Of a DNA stretch of 64,000 nt, positions 42,248 to 55,788 are shown in pieces. Under the pieces are notes generated by a model that was not told the origin of the DNA, made no database searches, and saw nothing but the letters and a program-made list of their open reading frames with translations. Numbering within the stretch: position 1 is the first letter of the stretch; the number at the start of each line of letters is the position of its first letter. A program made the position numbers and the translations under genes. The stretch is from the human T2T-CHM13v2.0 reference genome, Homo sapiens: assembly GCF_009914755.1 (NCBI RefSeq), contig NC_060930.1. The stretch is one strand, 5' to 3'.

Positions 42248-42476
42248 GGGTCAGCAAGCCACAACCCATGGGCCAAATCCTGCCTGCCTGCTGCCTGTGT
42301 TAAAAAAAAAAAAAAGGGGTATTGGAACACATCCGGGCTCATTTGTTCACATACTGTCTGTGGATGCTTCTGAGCTACTGCAGCAGGGTTGAGTAGTTGT
42401 GACAGAGACCACAGGGTGCACAAAGCCTCAAATATTTACTGTCTTGCCCTTAATAGAAGGAGTTTGCCAAGCCCTG
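42248..42476 (+). mobile_element. MER58A (hAT-Charlie), followed by a MER5-like fragment
   Basis: 'gggccaaatcc...ttggaacaca...gagtagttgtgacagagacc...gtttgccaagccctg'. Confidence 0.88.
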
Positions 42477-42826
42477 TTCCAAGTGTGATGCCTGGACCAC
42501 CTGCAGCAGGATCACTGTGTTAAAATGCAGATTCGTGTCTCCAGTTCCATGCAAGCCAGGCGGCAGAGGAAGCATCAGAAGAGCCAAGTGGAACATGGTC
42601 CATGATGGGTCACAAGCCCAGAGGCCCAGGAAAGCCAGGTAGGGGGCACAGTGAGTAAAGTCAGATGAGTCTGGTGTTCTGGCCAAGACACAATTTTGTG
42701 ATATGAAAAGTGAGTAGGAAGAGTTTTCTATTCCATGAGAAAATATACTTTTGCCTGAAAGTTTCCTGAAACAGCCTGCTCTTCAGGCTCTTCTGTCCCT
42801 CTCTTGCTATTTTGCTATAGACATAG

Positions 42827-43154
<328 letters not shown>

Positions 43155-43299
43155 TGGGAAATCATTTTCTGTGATGAGACAAGGGTGCAGTCTGAATGGC
43201 CACCCACACTGGACCCCAAGGCCAGGCAGACAACAGGGTGAACTAGGGTTCCTATCACCCTGGAGAAGCCCACCCTGTATAAGGGTGCAGCCTCTCCTC

Positions 43300-43490
43300 A
43301 GCTCCAGGTGGCCATTGCCACATGCAAACTGTGGGCCCTAAGATGCTAGATTTTGTGATTTGCTTTTTACAAGGCAAACAGACTTTTGAATTCTTCTGTA
43401 AAACTACTCAATTTTGAAGGTTGGCCTGTATTTCTTTTTAATTACTCTATGGGTTAAATAAGACAAGACTTCAGGCCAGATTCCAAATAA
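43300..43490 (+). mobile_element. MER102-like hAT fragment
   Basis: Decayed match to MER102 3' text. Confidence 0.45.
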
Positions 43491-44149
43491 TAGGCATTGA
43501 TATATTGTTTGCGGTGGGGGTTGATTTGTTTTTGTTTGTACCTCTGGCTAAACTGTAATTAAAATAACAGTTACCGGGGCTGTTGTTCAATAGGTGGGTC
43601 CAGGTGCGGTTGTTAAAATGTTGAAATATAGTTGTACCACCTGGTAAACAGACACTGTCCCTCACCTCCCATCCTTAGCCCATGTCCCCTATCCTGGGGG
43701 CCTCCTCTCTCCAGGACCTTAGGACCTCCGATTCAAAGGCTGAAGGTTAACGCCGGGGCAGCAGGGCCTCCTGTGGCTCCGAGGCTGCCATCCTTTCTGA
43801 CTAGCTGGTGTTTGTACCTGCCAGTGGGTCAACACATTTACTATGCCCTGCCCCCTGTAACCATCAGAGCAGTGCGTGTTCTACCTATGGCAAGAGCTTT
43901 ATACTTTTCCATTTAACCCTCAGACGGTTGGATCAGGTAGGACTGACACTGCTGTGAAATCCAAAGTTAACTTTAAATTGATCAGAGTCTTGATTATGCA
44001 TCCTTTCTCTCCTCCTTTCTTCTTTGGGAACCCCATTCACTCCTCCTGCCCTCAGCCCTCCAAGTCCTCCTGAATGCTCCAGAAGAGAAACAGTTCCTCA
44101 GATGATCCCTTTCCACTAAGGAGTAAACAAATCGCTACTGGCTAAAATG

Positions 44150-44670
44150 TGGCTGGGCTTAAATCTTTGTTCTGTAACTCACAAGGCATTTGACCATGGG
44201 CAACTCACTTCTCCTTTCTGAAGTTAGGTTTTCATTTGTCATGGGTAATAGGCCCAACGTTCCTGGGCTTTTTGAGAATCATGTGGATGAGAATGTGAAG
44301 CTCCCATCACAAAGCAGGCATCCAACAAATCACAGACCTGTTCTCCTCGTTCTTGAAGGCCCCACCCTAGACGGGCTGTGCTGATTGTAACTGGAATCGG
44401 TTCCTTGAACTAAAGGGAACAAGCATGAATGACAAGTCCTTCCCTGGATGTCCATGGGACGGCCAACACCCTTACTTTTTAACCTTTGGCACTATGTACC
44501 TTTCCACTGTGCACTTACTGTGTTTTTAAACCATGCATTTATCGCTGCAACCCTTTGATGAATATCTGCTTCTTCATCAGCCTGTCTATGTCCTATGAGG
44601 ATCTGTTTTCTAGTAAATCCTTGGCCACGCAATGCCTGACACTATGAGTGAACAAAGGGCTGTGTGATTG
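44150..44670 (+). mobile_element. MIR (~44150-44330) and L2 (~44400-44670) fragments
   Basis: 'tgaccatgggcaactcacttctcctttctgaagttaggttttcatttgt'; 'atgcctgacactatgagtgaacaaa'. Confidence 0.55.
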
Positions 44671-46239
44671 TAGAGGGAAATGCCAGGCATTGGTGTCCAT
44701 GTGTGGACAGGCGATTTTGGATATGGTCTTTCTCAGGATCCTCGTTCTTATAATGTGGTACCCTTTTCCATCTTGTTCAGCTCCTAGCTTCAGTGCTGCT
44801 CTACTGGTTAAAGACAATCTCTGAGGATATTTGTGAATGCAAAAGAGTATGCTTCTAAAGCCCAGGCTTGGGAAAAGTAGGGGCAAAGAAGGCATGAAAC
44901 AGGCTCTGACCTACCCAGTTTTGGGGGTGGGAGGATAAGGAATAGGCTTTGGGCTACAGGGCTCTGGACAAACTCAGAGGCTTTTCTAGGGTTTTTCCAC
45001 AAAATCTGGATATTGCACATAGATATTGCCAGCTCACAGGCACCCTCCAGAGCAAAGATGAGCAGCATTGCATTTGTGTCTGTCTTTTCCTTCAAGGCCT
45101 GGACCCGATAACTCAGGTCCTAATTGGACCAAGCCTATAAAGTCTCTACCTCTACCCCTACTCCCAAGCTCTGAGATGAACAGTCAGCTTCTCGGGACAT
45201 TTGCATTAGCAGAGGTCTTTGCCAGCGACCACTCTCAATTCTCTTTAGCTTTAGGCTTCCTGAGACCACACTGCGGCAAAACAAAGTGCATTAGCAGGGC
45301 GCCTAAAATACCAGCTGTCAACACCAGACCATCAAGAAATTTATTTCGTCACAAATGCTTTATGGAGATATGTTTTTTTAAAGGTGAGGAGAATAAAAAC
45401 CTTGTTCCAATAGATGATTCACCAGTGCTATTGAAGTAAAAGGAATTGCTTGTATCTCCAAGCCTGGATTTATGGAAGAACCGCCTCCATCATCCCCTCC
45501 TCCTGGCAACCCAACACAAAACAGAATCAGAATCAGACCAGTTTCCTGAGCCTGAGAAAAGCGAATCCAGTTCCCCAATGGACCACATCACACAGGGACA
45601 CCAATGCTTTCCTTTCATATTCACAATGTTGTACAGGATTTTTGCTTTGGGTTCTCCATTTTACAGGCCAGTGTTCTATTACTTGCCCTGCATGAGCACA
45701 AATGTGTTCTAGTTGCTGAAGATGTAGAGACATGAAACAGGGCAAATCTCTTTTTCAGCATACATTACATTTGGTGGTGTGGGTGGGGATGGTTGCAGCA
45801 TCCACCCGGAGATGAACAGCAACTCAGGGGGGTGGTGGATCAAACTCCAGGTGGGTCAGCAGGGACCACTGAGAGGGTTCAGAGGTGGGAGCGTCCCTGC
45901 TGGGAAGGCTTCACTGCTGTGATTGTTAGTTACTAGATGAAAAGCAAGCTGCGAGATGCAGAGACTACACTCCAAGTTTTCTCAGAGTTCCTCCCATGTC
46001 AAGCACAAGAGCCAAGGTTGAGCCATAATTGCTGGTTGAGTGAATGCTGCGGAGCATCCCCCAGTGTTCCTCTTTCATGTGAACCTCTTGGTACCATGCA
46101 AGCACCAACACGATCATCACAGTGACTTTCAGAAATTCCACAAAAATCTTAACGACCGCCTTTCTGGGCCACAGTTTCCTCCTCTATAAAATAAGGAGGC
46201 TGGACTGGATAAACTCGATTATCTCTGAGAGGCATGAAC

Positions 46240-47060
46240 AAGGTTTTCTTTTGCTTTCTGATAACAGAAGTCATGTAAATTCAGATGATATTTTAAAAAG
46301 CATAAAGAAAAAAGCAAAAATTATATAATGTCACCATCTTTAAACAGTCACTATTAACCTCCAAATGTATATCCTTGAAGATATTTTTTCAAGTAGTTTT
46401 TTGTCTTTTCACAAAAATCTTAGTGCATTATACATTATCTATTAACATTTGAAAAAGTGTATCCATCATGAATGTCTGCAGGTCAGTGTGGCCATAGCTA
46501 CACCTCATTTTTTTTTTACTTGAAGTTCTGAGGTACACGTGTAGAACACGCAGGTTTGTTACATAGGTGTACATGTGCCATGGTGGTTTGCTGCACTTAT
46601 CACCCCATCATCTAGGTTTTAAGCCCCGCATGCATTAGGTATTTGTCCTAATGCTCTCCCTCCCCTTGGCCCCCATCCCCCGACAGGCCCGGGAGCTACA
46701 GCTCATTTTTAATTCCTGCATGGCTTTCTACTCAGTACGTCGCCAACTCAGGGACATTTCGATTGTTTTCAATTTTCACTATTAAAAATAGGACAGCAAT
46801 AAATATCATTTGACAATATTTCTGTACATTTGTCTACCCATTTCTGTGGGATTCATTTTTAGAAATGAAATTGCGGGGCCAAAAGATGTATTTATACAAG
46901 ATGCCAGAAAGCCCCGCAGCAAGACCGCAGCGCTTGCCGGTCCCCATGGCTGGGTCTGAAGGCTCCCGTTTCCCCCTCATTCCAGTTATCATCATTCTTT
47001 TTTAGCTTTGCCAATCATATGGTTAAAAAATAGGAACTTTTGTTTTTGTAAATTGAATCC
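46240..47060 (-). mobile_element. L1ME 3' region hosting an L1PA insertion
   Basis: 'gattgttttcaattttcactatt...gcaataaatatc...tagaaatgaaattgcggggccaaaag'. Confidence 0.65.
46508..46693 (-). mobile_element. L1PA8-like 3' end (heavily 5'-truncated)
   Basis: 'tctaggttttaagccccgcatgcattaggtatttgtcctaatgc'; TSD agctaca(c/g)ctcattttt (46496, 46694). Confidence 0.9.
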
Positions 47061-47693
47061 TATAACTCAAGTATCACTTTTTGCCTAATGTGATGCCTAG
47101 CAAACACTTGGTATGCAATAAGTGCTCATTAATTTTTATGAGTCCTGTTAGTCATCAAACTGAGCACCTACTAGAAAGTTTAGAAAGAAACTTGTGATAT
47201 ATTTATAAGAAAAAATATACTGTGTTGTCCTATGTGCTTTTTCTTAGCCTCCTACCTGTTTAGATTTTAGTCCCATCTTTAAGAAAAAAAGTCCTCAGCA
47301 TCCACTGTTAACATTTTTGTTTCGGTTTTTTAAATAGCCACTTTAAATTGTTCTTTTCTTTTCTTATTGTATGCATCATATGTGTTGCCTTAAAATCTAA
47401 GACAGAGAATGAATGGGTGGATGAATGAGTTAGTTAAAGAAAAAAATCAACAGTGGTTGCCGGTGATGGTGGGGTCATGATGACATCATGTCACGGAGCC
47501 TCCTCATTCCCTTCTAGACCATAAAGATAGTGTCGCTCCCAGGAAGATTCTAAGTGTAGAGAAGGCTTTTTTGGAGGGTGTCCAATGGGCCCTTATCTAG
47601 ATATGTGGCACACAAGGAAAGGTTTCTAGAGACATATATGCATGGAATCGAGATGGTGCCAGGGGATGCAACTTAAAAGTCATACGCATTGTT

Positions 47694-48162
<469 letters not shown>

Positions 48163-49857
48163 CTAGGTGAGTGTTCATTAAATGTCTCCATACCAAACTC
48201 CAGGGAAATTGGACCCAGATGAATTATTAATAAATGGACTCAGTAGAGTGCTCCATGAAGTAGAGCCTTCCACATCACTGGGAGTATTCAAATATCCTGC
48301 AGACTCACAGGATAATAAAGAATCTGTCAGGATTCCCGTAGAAAAGCTTCCTGCATTATGTGACTAGTTGCCAGTGGTATTTTTCATTACCTTACAGTCT
48401 GTCACTATTTGATCAGTCAATTCAGCTCAACAATTAAGGGGGAAGAAAAGGAGTCAAACTGATTGTTTTACTTTTTTGTAAGAATTGATTTTTCAACTCG
48501 AATAAAAATGTTGATCCCATTTTGCATGTGGAGATAGTCAATTTAGAAGAATTGTTCTTGCTGGCCTAAGCCCAGGGAGACAAAAATTAAATTTAACACT
48601 GCAGCAGAGGCTGGCATGTGGGAGAAGGTGAATGATTCACTGAAATCCTTAGAGCTTTTCCCTCTGGTTCCTTAGTGTTTTGCAATCTGGTAGCTACAGC
48701 AGAGAGGTATTAATTATTGACAATTCAGTCAACATTAAGCAAACATTTATTTGGCTGATGATTCAATGGTGCAGAATCACTGACTTTCTCTGGCTAGGGT
48801 AATCATGAAAGATACTGAATGATGGGCATAGCTGTAAAAAGTAACCCAGAGAGCAAGGTCTACCAAAGTCTGAGACTGTTTGCCTCATTATCTGGACAAT
48901 GAAGTTACAAAGCAGAGTCCCGAGGGCCAGTATTCTTCCCTTTGGACTCTCAAGCTAACCAAGAGGAATGGAAGCCATCAGGGGTTATCCTTGTGACTTG
49001 CACCCTGTGGGGGGCATTTCCAAGGGGAAGCATCCACTGCAAATGCACACACTGTTTATAACTGAGAACCAGGTGAAAGGCACAAGAACTGTCTCTTTGT
49101 GTGCTACATATTAGGGGTATTCTCGAAGAAAATGCAAGGGTCAATGCAAAAAGAAAACCAGGGGGTTCAAAATGTGGTGAAAAAATTAAAACTGAAATCA
49201 AGAGGAAGAGATTAAGGAAATGAAGAAATGTTTCATTCTTAGAGCCTTTCAAGTGATATGAGACTTGTCCGATGAAGGTGAGGCTCGAAATTCAGGGACA
49301 AAAAGTTGAATGATGAGGAGTCTGACCAGTTCTTGGTGAATGCAAGGGAATTCCCTAATAGCTTAAGAAGAAAGGGGCATGCTGTGATATTGGGATTCTC
49401 AATATCCCAGGGAGGGGGAGGGAGGTCTTTGTAGGACAGCCATGACTGAATTTCTTGGATTGAGTACATGGGATGTGACAGAAGGCCCAAGATTTATTAC
49501 ACCTGCCAACTACATCCATCTCAACTATTCTCAAGAGTACAAATAACATCTTTGAAGTGACCAGAAATATATTTTTAAAGGTTTTGAAATTTAAAGAAAG
49601 AAAGAAATTGAGGATTTGGAGGCACAGATAAGGCTTTCATTGCTTCTTTACATCAATAGCTGGGATTCAGAACAAGAGAGGGAAGTTGAGGAAGTGAGCA
49701 GTTGGCTCTATAGACAATATTTGGGCAGGATCTAGGTTGCTGAACCATGGTTTAAGATGCCAGAATGGTGCAATCTTGGCTGAGAATAGAACGAATTTCA
49801 TGTGGACAGAAAAGAAAGAATTCGCCCAGTAGCTCACTGACTCAATTAAGAATGTTT

Positions 49858-50560
49858 TACAGATACTGGTGAGGTTGTGGAGAAAAAGGAATGCTTTTAC
49901 ACTGTTTTTGGGAGTGTAAATTAGTTCAACCATTGTGGAAGACAGTGGGGTGATTCCTCAAAGACATAGAGACAGAAATACCATTTGACCCAGCAATCCC
50001 ATCACTGAGTATACACCCAAAGGAATTTAAATTATTCTATTATAAAGACACATGCACATGTATGTTCATTGCAGCACTATTCACAATAGCAAAGACATGG
50101 AAACAACCAAAATGCCCATCAATGATAGAATGGATAAAGAAAATGTGGTATATGTACGCCATGGAATACTATGCAGCCATAAAAAAGAACAAGACCATGT
50201 TCTTTGCAGAGACGTGGATGGAGTTAGAAGCCGTTATCTTCAGCAAACTAACACAGGAACAGAAAACCAAACACCACATGTTCTCACTTATAAGTGGGAG
50301 CTGAATGATGACAACACATGGACACATGGAGGGGAACAACACACAATGGGGCCTGTGAGTAGGGGGTGGGTAAGGGGAGGAAGAGCATCAGGAAAAATAA
50401 ATAATGGATGCTGGGCTTAATACCTAGGTGATGGGATGATCTGTGCAGCAAATCACGATACATGTTTACCTATGTAAAAAATCTGCACATCCTGCACATG
50501 TACCTCTGAACTTAAAAGTTGGAAATTAAAACAAGAAAAGATAAATAGGAAATCAACAAT
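49858..50560 (+). mobile_element. L1PA (PA13-15-like) ORF2 C-terminus and 3' UTR
   Basis: ORF 50062-50304 (MFIAALFTIAKTWKQPKCPS...HMFSLISGS) is the L1 ORF2p C-terminus; L1PA 3' UTR follows. Confidence 0.92.
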
Positions 50561-50993
50561 TTTAGAAAGAATAACAAAAAAAATTTTTTAATGGTTCAAG
50601 TCTGGCAGATGTTAATAAACTTTTTAGGGCAGAGAGAGATAGGCTGGCCTGCTTCTAAGAAAGGACCCTGCCTAGCTGCAAAGATGGCAGCTAGGGAGGG
50701 CCCTCAGAGGTGAACTCCTTGAGATCCACCTTGGCTTTTGAGCCAAGGCCATACTCTTCTCTGGGAGACTCCAGACAATGCCGGAGCAAGGCTGTGGTCC
50801 CAGGGCTCAGCATCTAAGCCCAATATGGCCTCCTGTAAAAGGCTATCTTTGCTCCTGACCTCTCGGTTGGGCTGGCAGACTCTGGCAAATGTGTGCAGAA
50901 GTCTGGCGGCTCCCCTGCCCAATTCTGCTTCCCTGTTTTCCTTTCCCAGGTGTTTTAGAGCCTGATGCCACCTCATCATCTGTGTCCCAAAGG

Positions 50994-51005
50994 TGGTACC
51001 AGGAG
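50994..51005 (+). promoter_or_regulatory. Retroviral primer-binding site (tRNA-Leu type)
   Basis: TGGTACCAGGAG directly after the LTR, complementary to the tRNA-Leu(TAA) 3' end ...CTCCTGGTACCA. Confidence 0.75.
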
Positions 51006-51039
51006 CAGCCCAAGAAAGCAGGCAGTAAGATAGGGCTTG

Positions 51040-51465
51040 GGCCAACTGTCCATTGTTGAATGAAAAGATAGATAAATATAGTCTACACATACAATGGAAT
51101 GCCAATCAGCCTTTAAAAAGAATGAAATTCTAACACATGCTACATGGATGCACCTTGAGGTTATTACACTGAGTGAGAGAGGACAGACACAGAAAGACAA
51201 ATACTGCATAATCTCACTTACATGTATCTAAAAAAAGTCAAACTCATAGGAAGAGAAGAGAATTGTAGTTACCAGAGGCTGGGGTGGGTAAGAGAAATAG
51301 ACAGTTATTTAATCAAGATAGAGTTTCAGTTCTGTAAGATGAAGAGAGCTCTGGAGATAGACAGCAATGTGAATGTACTTAATGGCACTGAACTGCCTAC
51401 TTAATAAGAGTTAAGTTTATGTTATGTATATTTTACCACCACTAAAAATAATTTTTTTTTCCCTA
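51040..51465 (+). mobile_element. L1MB-like 3' end nested in the provirus leader
   Basis: 'gacacagaaagacaaatactgcat...gttaccagaggctgg...gaatgtacttaatggcactgaactg...tatgtatattttaccac'. Confidence 0.88.
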
Positions 51466-52269
51466 AAAGGATGGGTCTTAAGGACTGGATCACTCACAAC
51501 TGACTAGCAATGAGGACTTCATCCCATGTGGTATGTGGGTCATCTATAGTCTTTGACACAAGGGGGTAGCCCAACTTCTAAGACTTTTACCCTGGTAACC
51601 TGGGAAAATATTGCCGTGGCTAGGCATGAGCAGGCCAGTGCCATAATTCAGATGTTTGATATGTGTGTGTGGAGTGGGGAAGGTAGAATGCAGACAAGCT
51701 CACTGTGGCCTCATGGTTATTAAATTGCATTGCCACTCTACAGAGGTATACTGAAAAGCTAAATGCAGTTAACAAACAATTGAAACCGAAGTGTGAAAGC
51801 CAGAGGGCCTCCTTGAATCTTACAAGAAGGTCTTTATCTCCTGCAGCAGCAGAGCAGAAAAAGCTAAAGACCAAATTCAGGTTTTAATAGATGGAGGCCC
51901 AGCTCCAAGACACTGGATGCTAAGATAAGCCTAAGCACATTTGGTGTTGCAAAGTTGAGGTCCTGGCTGGGAAAGCCTGGGGCTCTGACATGGGGGATGG
52001 GGACAATACCCCACAATGCCTTGGCTCCCCAAACTCCTGTGAATGCAGAACCTGCAGAGGTGGCTCATTCCTCCATACTAATAACTAGTGCTTCCTTCTT
52101 GTGCTAAGAAACTATGGAAGCCTCCACCTTCAGGGCAACCATGCCCCATCTATTCCTCTGTCCACCAGAACTTGCCCCCACTTCCCCTCTTGGCTGGTAA
52201 GCCAATAGCTGGGGTAAAGTCTGACTATAACCCAGAAGGGGACATACTAATTCTGATAAAGGAAGGACT

Positions 52270-52990
52270 GTAACACCAAAGAATCTGCAAGAATTAGCTA
52301 ACATGCACCAGTAGGAGTTGGGGAGTACCCATGAGACTGGATTCTAAGGGTTCTTATTTGGGGGCTAGAATATAAGACTGTGTATAGAAGAGTACATTGA
52401 CATGGGGGCACTCTCTCAGGTTATGGCTTTTAATAACCTAGCAAGAACCCCAGGAAATAATACAAACTAGCTGCTAGGATGGTTCCTAAAAGGCTGGAAA
52501 AAAGCCATGGCCCAGGCTAAGCAATGTTGAAACGCCTGAATTGTCATGGGAGATGGAGAAGGAAGAGATTGACAGGCTTAGAGAAATGGGCATGGTAGAG
52601 TGGACATATTACATGAGATCAGAAGACCCACTGGAGTTCTATGTTAACCAAGAAGGACTAGAGCCCACACAATCAGGTAGCCTATCGGGAGGGACATCAG
52701 CATCACTGAGAATTTCAGCAGTGGCTGTCCTCTTCAGGCCAGGGCTAATAGTAAAGAGAAGCTGTCACAAAATTTGGCTCATTGATAGCAGCAGGGACTA
52801 TGGAACCTTGAAAAAACAGAAACAGTCATTAATATCAGAAGCCAGTGGTTGCAATTATTGAAATAACCAGCAATACAGGATCAGCAGCCAAAAGGACAGA
52901 CAGTTGTGAAGATGGTTAACAGAATATGGCATCCGTAGGGGCAAAATATATAGGCAGCCAATGAGGGTACTACTTAACATATAGAGTCAA
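52270..52990 (+). pseudogene. ERV-L gag remnant (family related to murine Fv1), disrupted
   Basis: 'WEMEKEEIDRLREMGMVEW' resembles HERV-L Gag 'W..VEEGIQRLREIGMLEW'; upstream 'WILRV' and 'IDMGALS' in other frames; multiple stops and frameshifts. Confidence 0.75.
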
Positions 52991-53033
52991 AGTAAAAGGA
53001 GGATGGATGAGCAGAAGGCTGGGAAAGGACACC

Positions 53034-53398
53034 TGTATTAGTCCATTTTCATACTGCTATGAAGAAGTACTTGAGACTGGGTAATTTATAAAGAAAAAGA
53101 GGTTTAATGGACTCACAGTTCCACATGGCTGGGGAGGCCTTAAAACCATGGCAGAAGGCAAAGGAGGATCAAAGGCACATCTTACATGGCAGCAGGCAAG
53201 AGAGCATGTATAGAGGAACTGCCCTTTAGAAAACCATCAAATCTCATGAGACGTACTCACTATCATGAGAGCAGCATGGAAAAAACCCACCCCTGTGATT
53301 CAGTTACCTCCCACCAGGTCCCTCCCATGACACATGAGGCTTATCAGAGCTACAATTCAAGATGAGATTTGGGTGGGGACACAGCCCAAACCATACCA
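53034..53398 (-). mobile_element. THE1C-like MaLR solo LTR nested in the provirus
   Basis: 'tgtattagtccattttcatactgc...gagatttgggtggggacacagcccaaaccatacca'; TSD acacc/acatc. Confidence 0.93.
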
Positions 53399-53539
53399 AC
53401 ATCCCAGGTAAAAAGTTATGATCCATTGTCCAGTTCCTAGACCTGAGGCAGCTTTCAGATCCAAAATTTGTTAATTGCAGAGGTCCCAGGAGGAGAGACC
53501 CTGAAGACTATAATGAGTCCCGCAATCCTTCCCCAAAGA

Positions 53540-53800
53540 GATTTATGGCCATTTACTTGGGTGACTGTACACTAGAGAAAGGAGAATACCTGGACTTTTT
53601 GAGGACAGTTGGACACAGGGTCTGAGTTGACATTTCCAGAGACCCAGCCCCTTGTTAGAGTGAGGGTATGTGGGGTCAGGTAATAAACAGAGTCCTACCA
53701 AAATCCAACTTACAGTAAGTTCACTGGGCCCAGGGACACACCCAGTGGCTATTTTCCCAGTTCTCACACATATTGGGAGTGACATACTGAACAATGGGGA
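53540..53800 (+). pseudogene. Retroviral aspartic protease remnant
   Basis: 53609-53632 encodes LDTGSELT, preceded by WPFTWVTVH; in-frame stops. Confidence 0.8.
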
Positions 53801-54319
53801 CAATCCTCACTTTAGATCCTTGGTCTGGAGTAAACTCTAGCATAGTGGGAAAATGTAGAAGCCTCTGTAACTGCCCTCCCTACCACCCCCAGCCAAAACA
53901 GTGAAATAAAAAATCATCATCACATTTGGGGATGGGAGATGACACGTTAATGCCCCTCTTAAAGATCTAAACATTCAGAGGTGGTGCTCCCTTACATAGC
54001 TCTGCTGAATTCACCCATCTGATCCCTGCAGAAATGGAAATGGCCCGCTAAGGAAGCAGCTGAAGTGACACCAGCAAAGGTGGGACACTACCCTCCAGGT
54101 GCAGTACCTGCAGTGAATCAGACACCGCTATCTGATGCTGTGGGATGTTGTGACCCCAACAGGCTAAATACATGGATCTGGGAACAAAGGGATGTATCCA
54201 GTAGTGGCCCACTTACCATCATTCCCAATGACCTACTAGGAAGCTTTGTTCTTCCCATTCATGGAATTCTGGGCTTTGCAGGGTTAAAAGACCTGGACCC
54301 CAAAGGGACTCACTGAACC

Positions 54320-54470
54320 ACAAGATTGGGCTCCTGCCTGGGCACTTTGAACTCCTATGTCCAAGGACCAGCAGGCAATAAAAGGAGTCACCATCTTGGC
54401 ACTGGTAATGGACCCTAATTAGCATGAGGAGAGAGAGATCTGCTATTACACATGGCGGCATTGGGGAGCA
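54320..54470 (+). pseudogene. ERV-L dUTPase remnant
   Basis: LPGHF (54334) and QQAIKGVTILALVMDPN* (54369-54422) resemble ERV-L dUTPase ...GHFG...KGVTVLAGVIDPDY. Confidence 0.7.
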
Positions 54471-55099
54471 CAGGTAGACATGGGCAATCCACTTGGATAC
54501 ATATTGGTCCATTCTCACTCAATTGCTCAACTTTGACTGTGAATTAAAAAGTACAGTAACCCTGGCCTGAGAAGGTTATATGTACCAGTGGGCTTTTCGC
54601 CCAGCATTGAGGAGTGTCATCTGCTGCCATCTTCTAGCAGTTAACTTCCTCAGGTATACCAGCTTTTGAGCAGAGGTCACAGTTTTCTCCAGGTGGCCCC
54701 AGCTAATGACTAAGAAAGACCATGGTCCAAGGGCCCAGCCATTTCTGCCAACACAGAACCTCTCTAAAGACCAGCTTTGCCCTGGACCTCCTTGCTGGGC
54801 TGGCAGAAACTTTGTCAGGTCAGCATCACCGCCTGACAGCTCCCCTGGCCCAATCCTGCCCCTCCCATTTCCTTCTATGGGTGTCACTCCCAAGGCATTT
54901 GCTTTCCTAACTCCATCCCAACATCTGCTTCCAAAAGAACCAACTGACACACTGTTGATCCAGGTGATGGGTATGAACATTTATACTAGTCTTTCTACTT
55001 TGCAGCATTTTAAACATTTTCATAACATAAAGTTTTTAAAAAGCAAGGAAAATTTAAAAGAGAGGGGAAAATGTATTAAACATTAGGTATATATTAGAA

Positions 55100-55240
55100 A
55101 GCTAGGTGTTGTGGCTTGCCCCTGTAATCCCAACACTTTGGGAGGCTGAAGTGGGAGGATCGCTTGAGCCCAGGAGTTCACAACCAGCCTGAGCAATATA
55201 GCGAGATCCTGCCTCCACAAAAAAAGTTTAAAAATAAAAC
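55100..55240 (+). mobile_element. FLAM_C (free left Alu monomer)
   Basis: Left monomer 'gaggatcgcttgagcccaggagttc...gcaatatagcgaga' with A-rich tail. Confidence 0.85.
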
Positions 55241-55788
55241 ATACAGATGAGGAGAAATAAAAATCCACAGATAAATTCATAAAACTAACTGCTCTGAAAA
55301 TCAGAAGATATGACATAGGAAAAAATAAGAATGAGTTATGTTATCTGTGATTTTCTTTTTACTAGAAAACAATTAAGCAGAGGGAAACAGAAAAAAACTG
55401 TTATAACTTCAGATGTCTTACTTTGTGCCAGTCATAAGAGCATGAGTAACAAAATGAATTGGAGAGAATCTGAAAAAAAAAAATTCTTACAAGATAGGGC
55501 AGTAAATATGACCTTATTTCACCAAGCTTGGGAAAAAGTAGACACAAAATTGAAATACACTGATGGAAGCATGACAAATGGGCCTGTTAGGGGAAGAGAT
55601 TGAATAGAAAGCTATGTCAACAAGACAGACGTCTATGTGAAAACTCAGGAACCTGCAGGTGGATGCGTGCCAAAGAGTGAACAGATGAGAAGACAGGGAT
55701 AGAGGGATATTGTTGTGGGCAGGTCAGTGTTTCTCAAATCCGGTTAATCATCAAAATTGCTTAGGAGAGCTTTAAAATGCAGTTTTTT

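Larger units (their letters stand above)
50640..54950 (+). mobile_element. Decayed ERV-L-class provirus (LTR16B/HERV16-like): 5' LTR ~50640-50992, internal gag-pro-(deleted pol)-dUTPase, 3' LTR ~54581-54950
   Basis: LTR motifs gcttttgagc and gggctggcaga recur at an identical 3928-bp offset; PBS at 50994; gag, protease and dUTPase remnants in ERV-L order. Confidence 0.85.

Noticed and set aside
50052-50420. ORFs with real protein similarity
   Set aside because: L1 ORF2p C-terminus of a 5'-truncated element, not a host gene.
52541-52861. Possible domesticated Fv1-like gag gene
   Set aside because: Only ~100 codons are open; surrounding gag has stops and frameshifts, and a THE1 is inserted just downstream.
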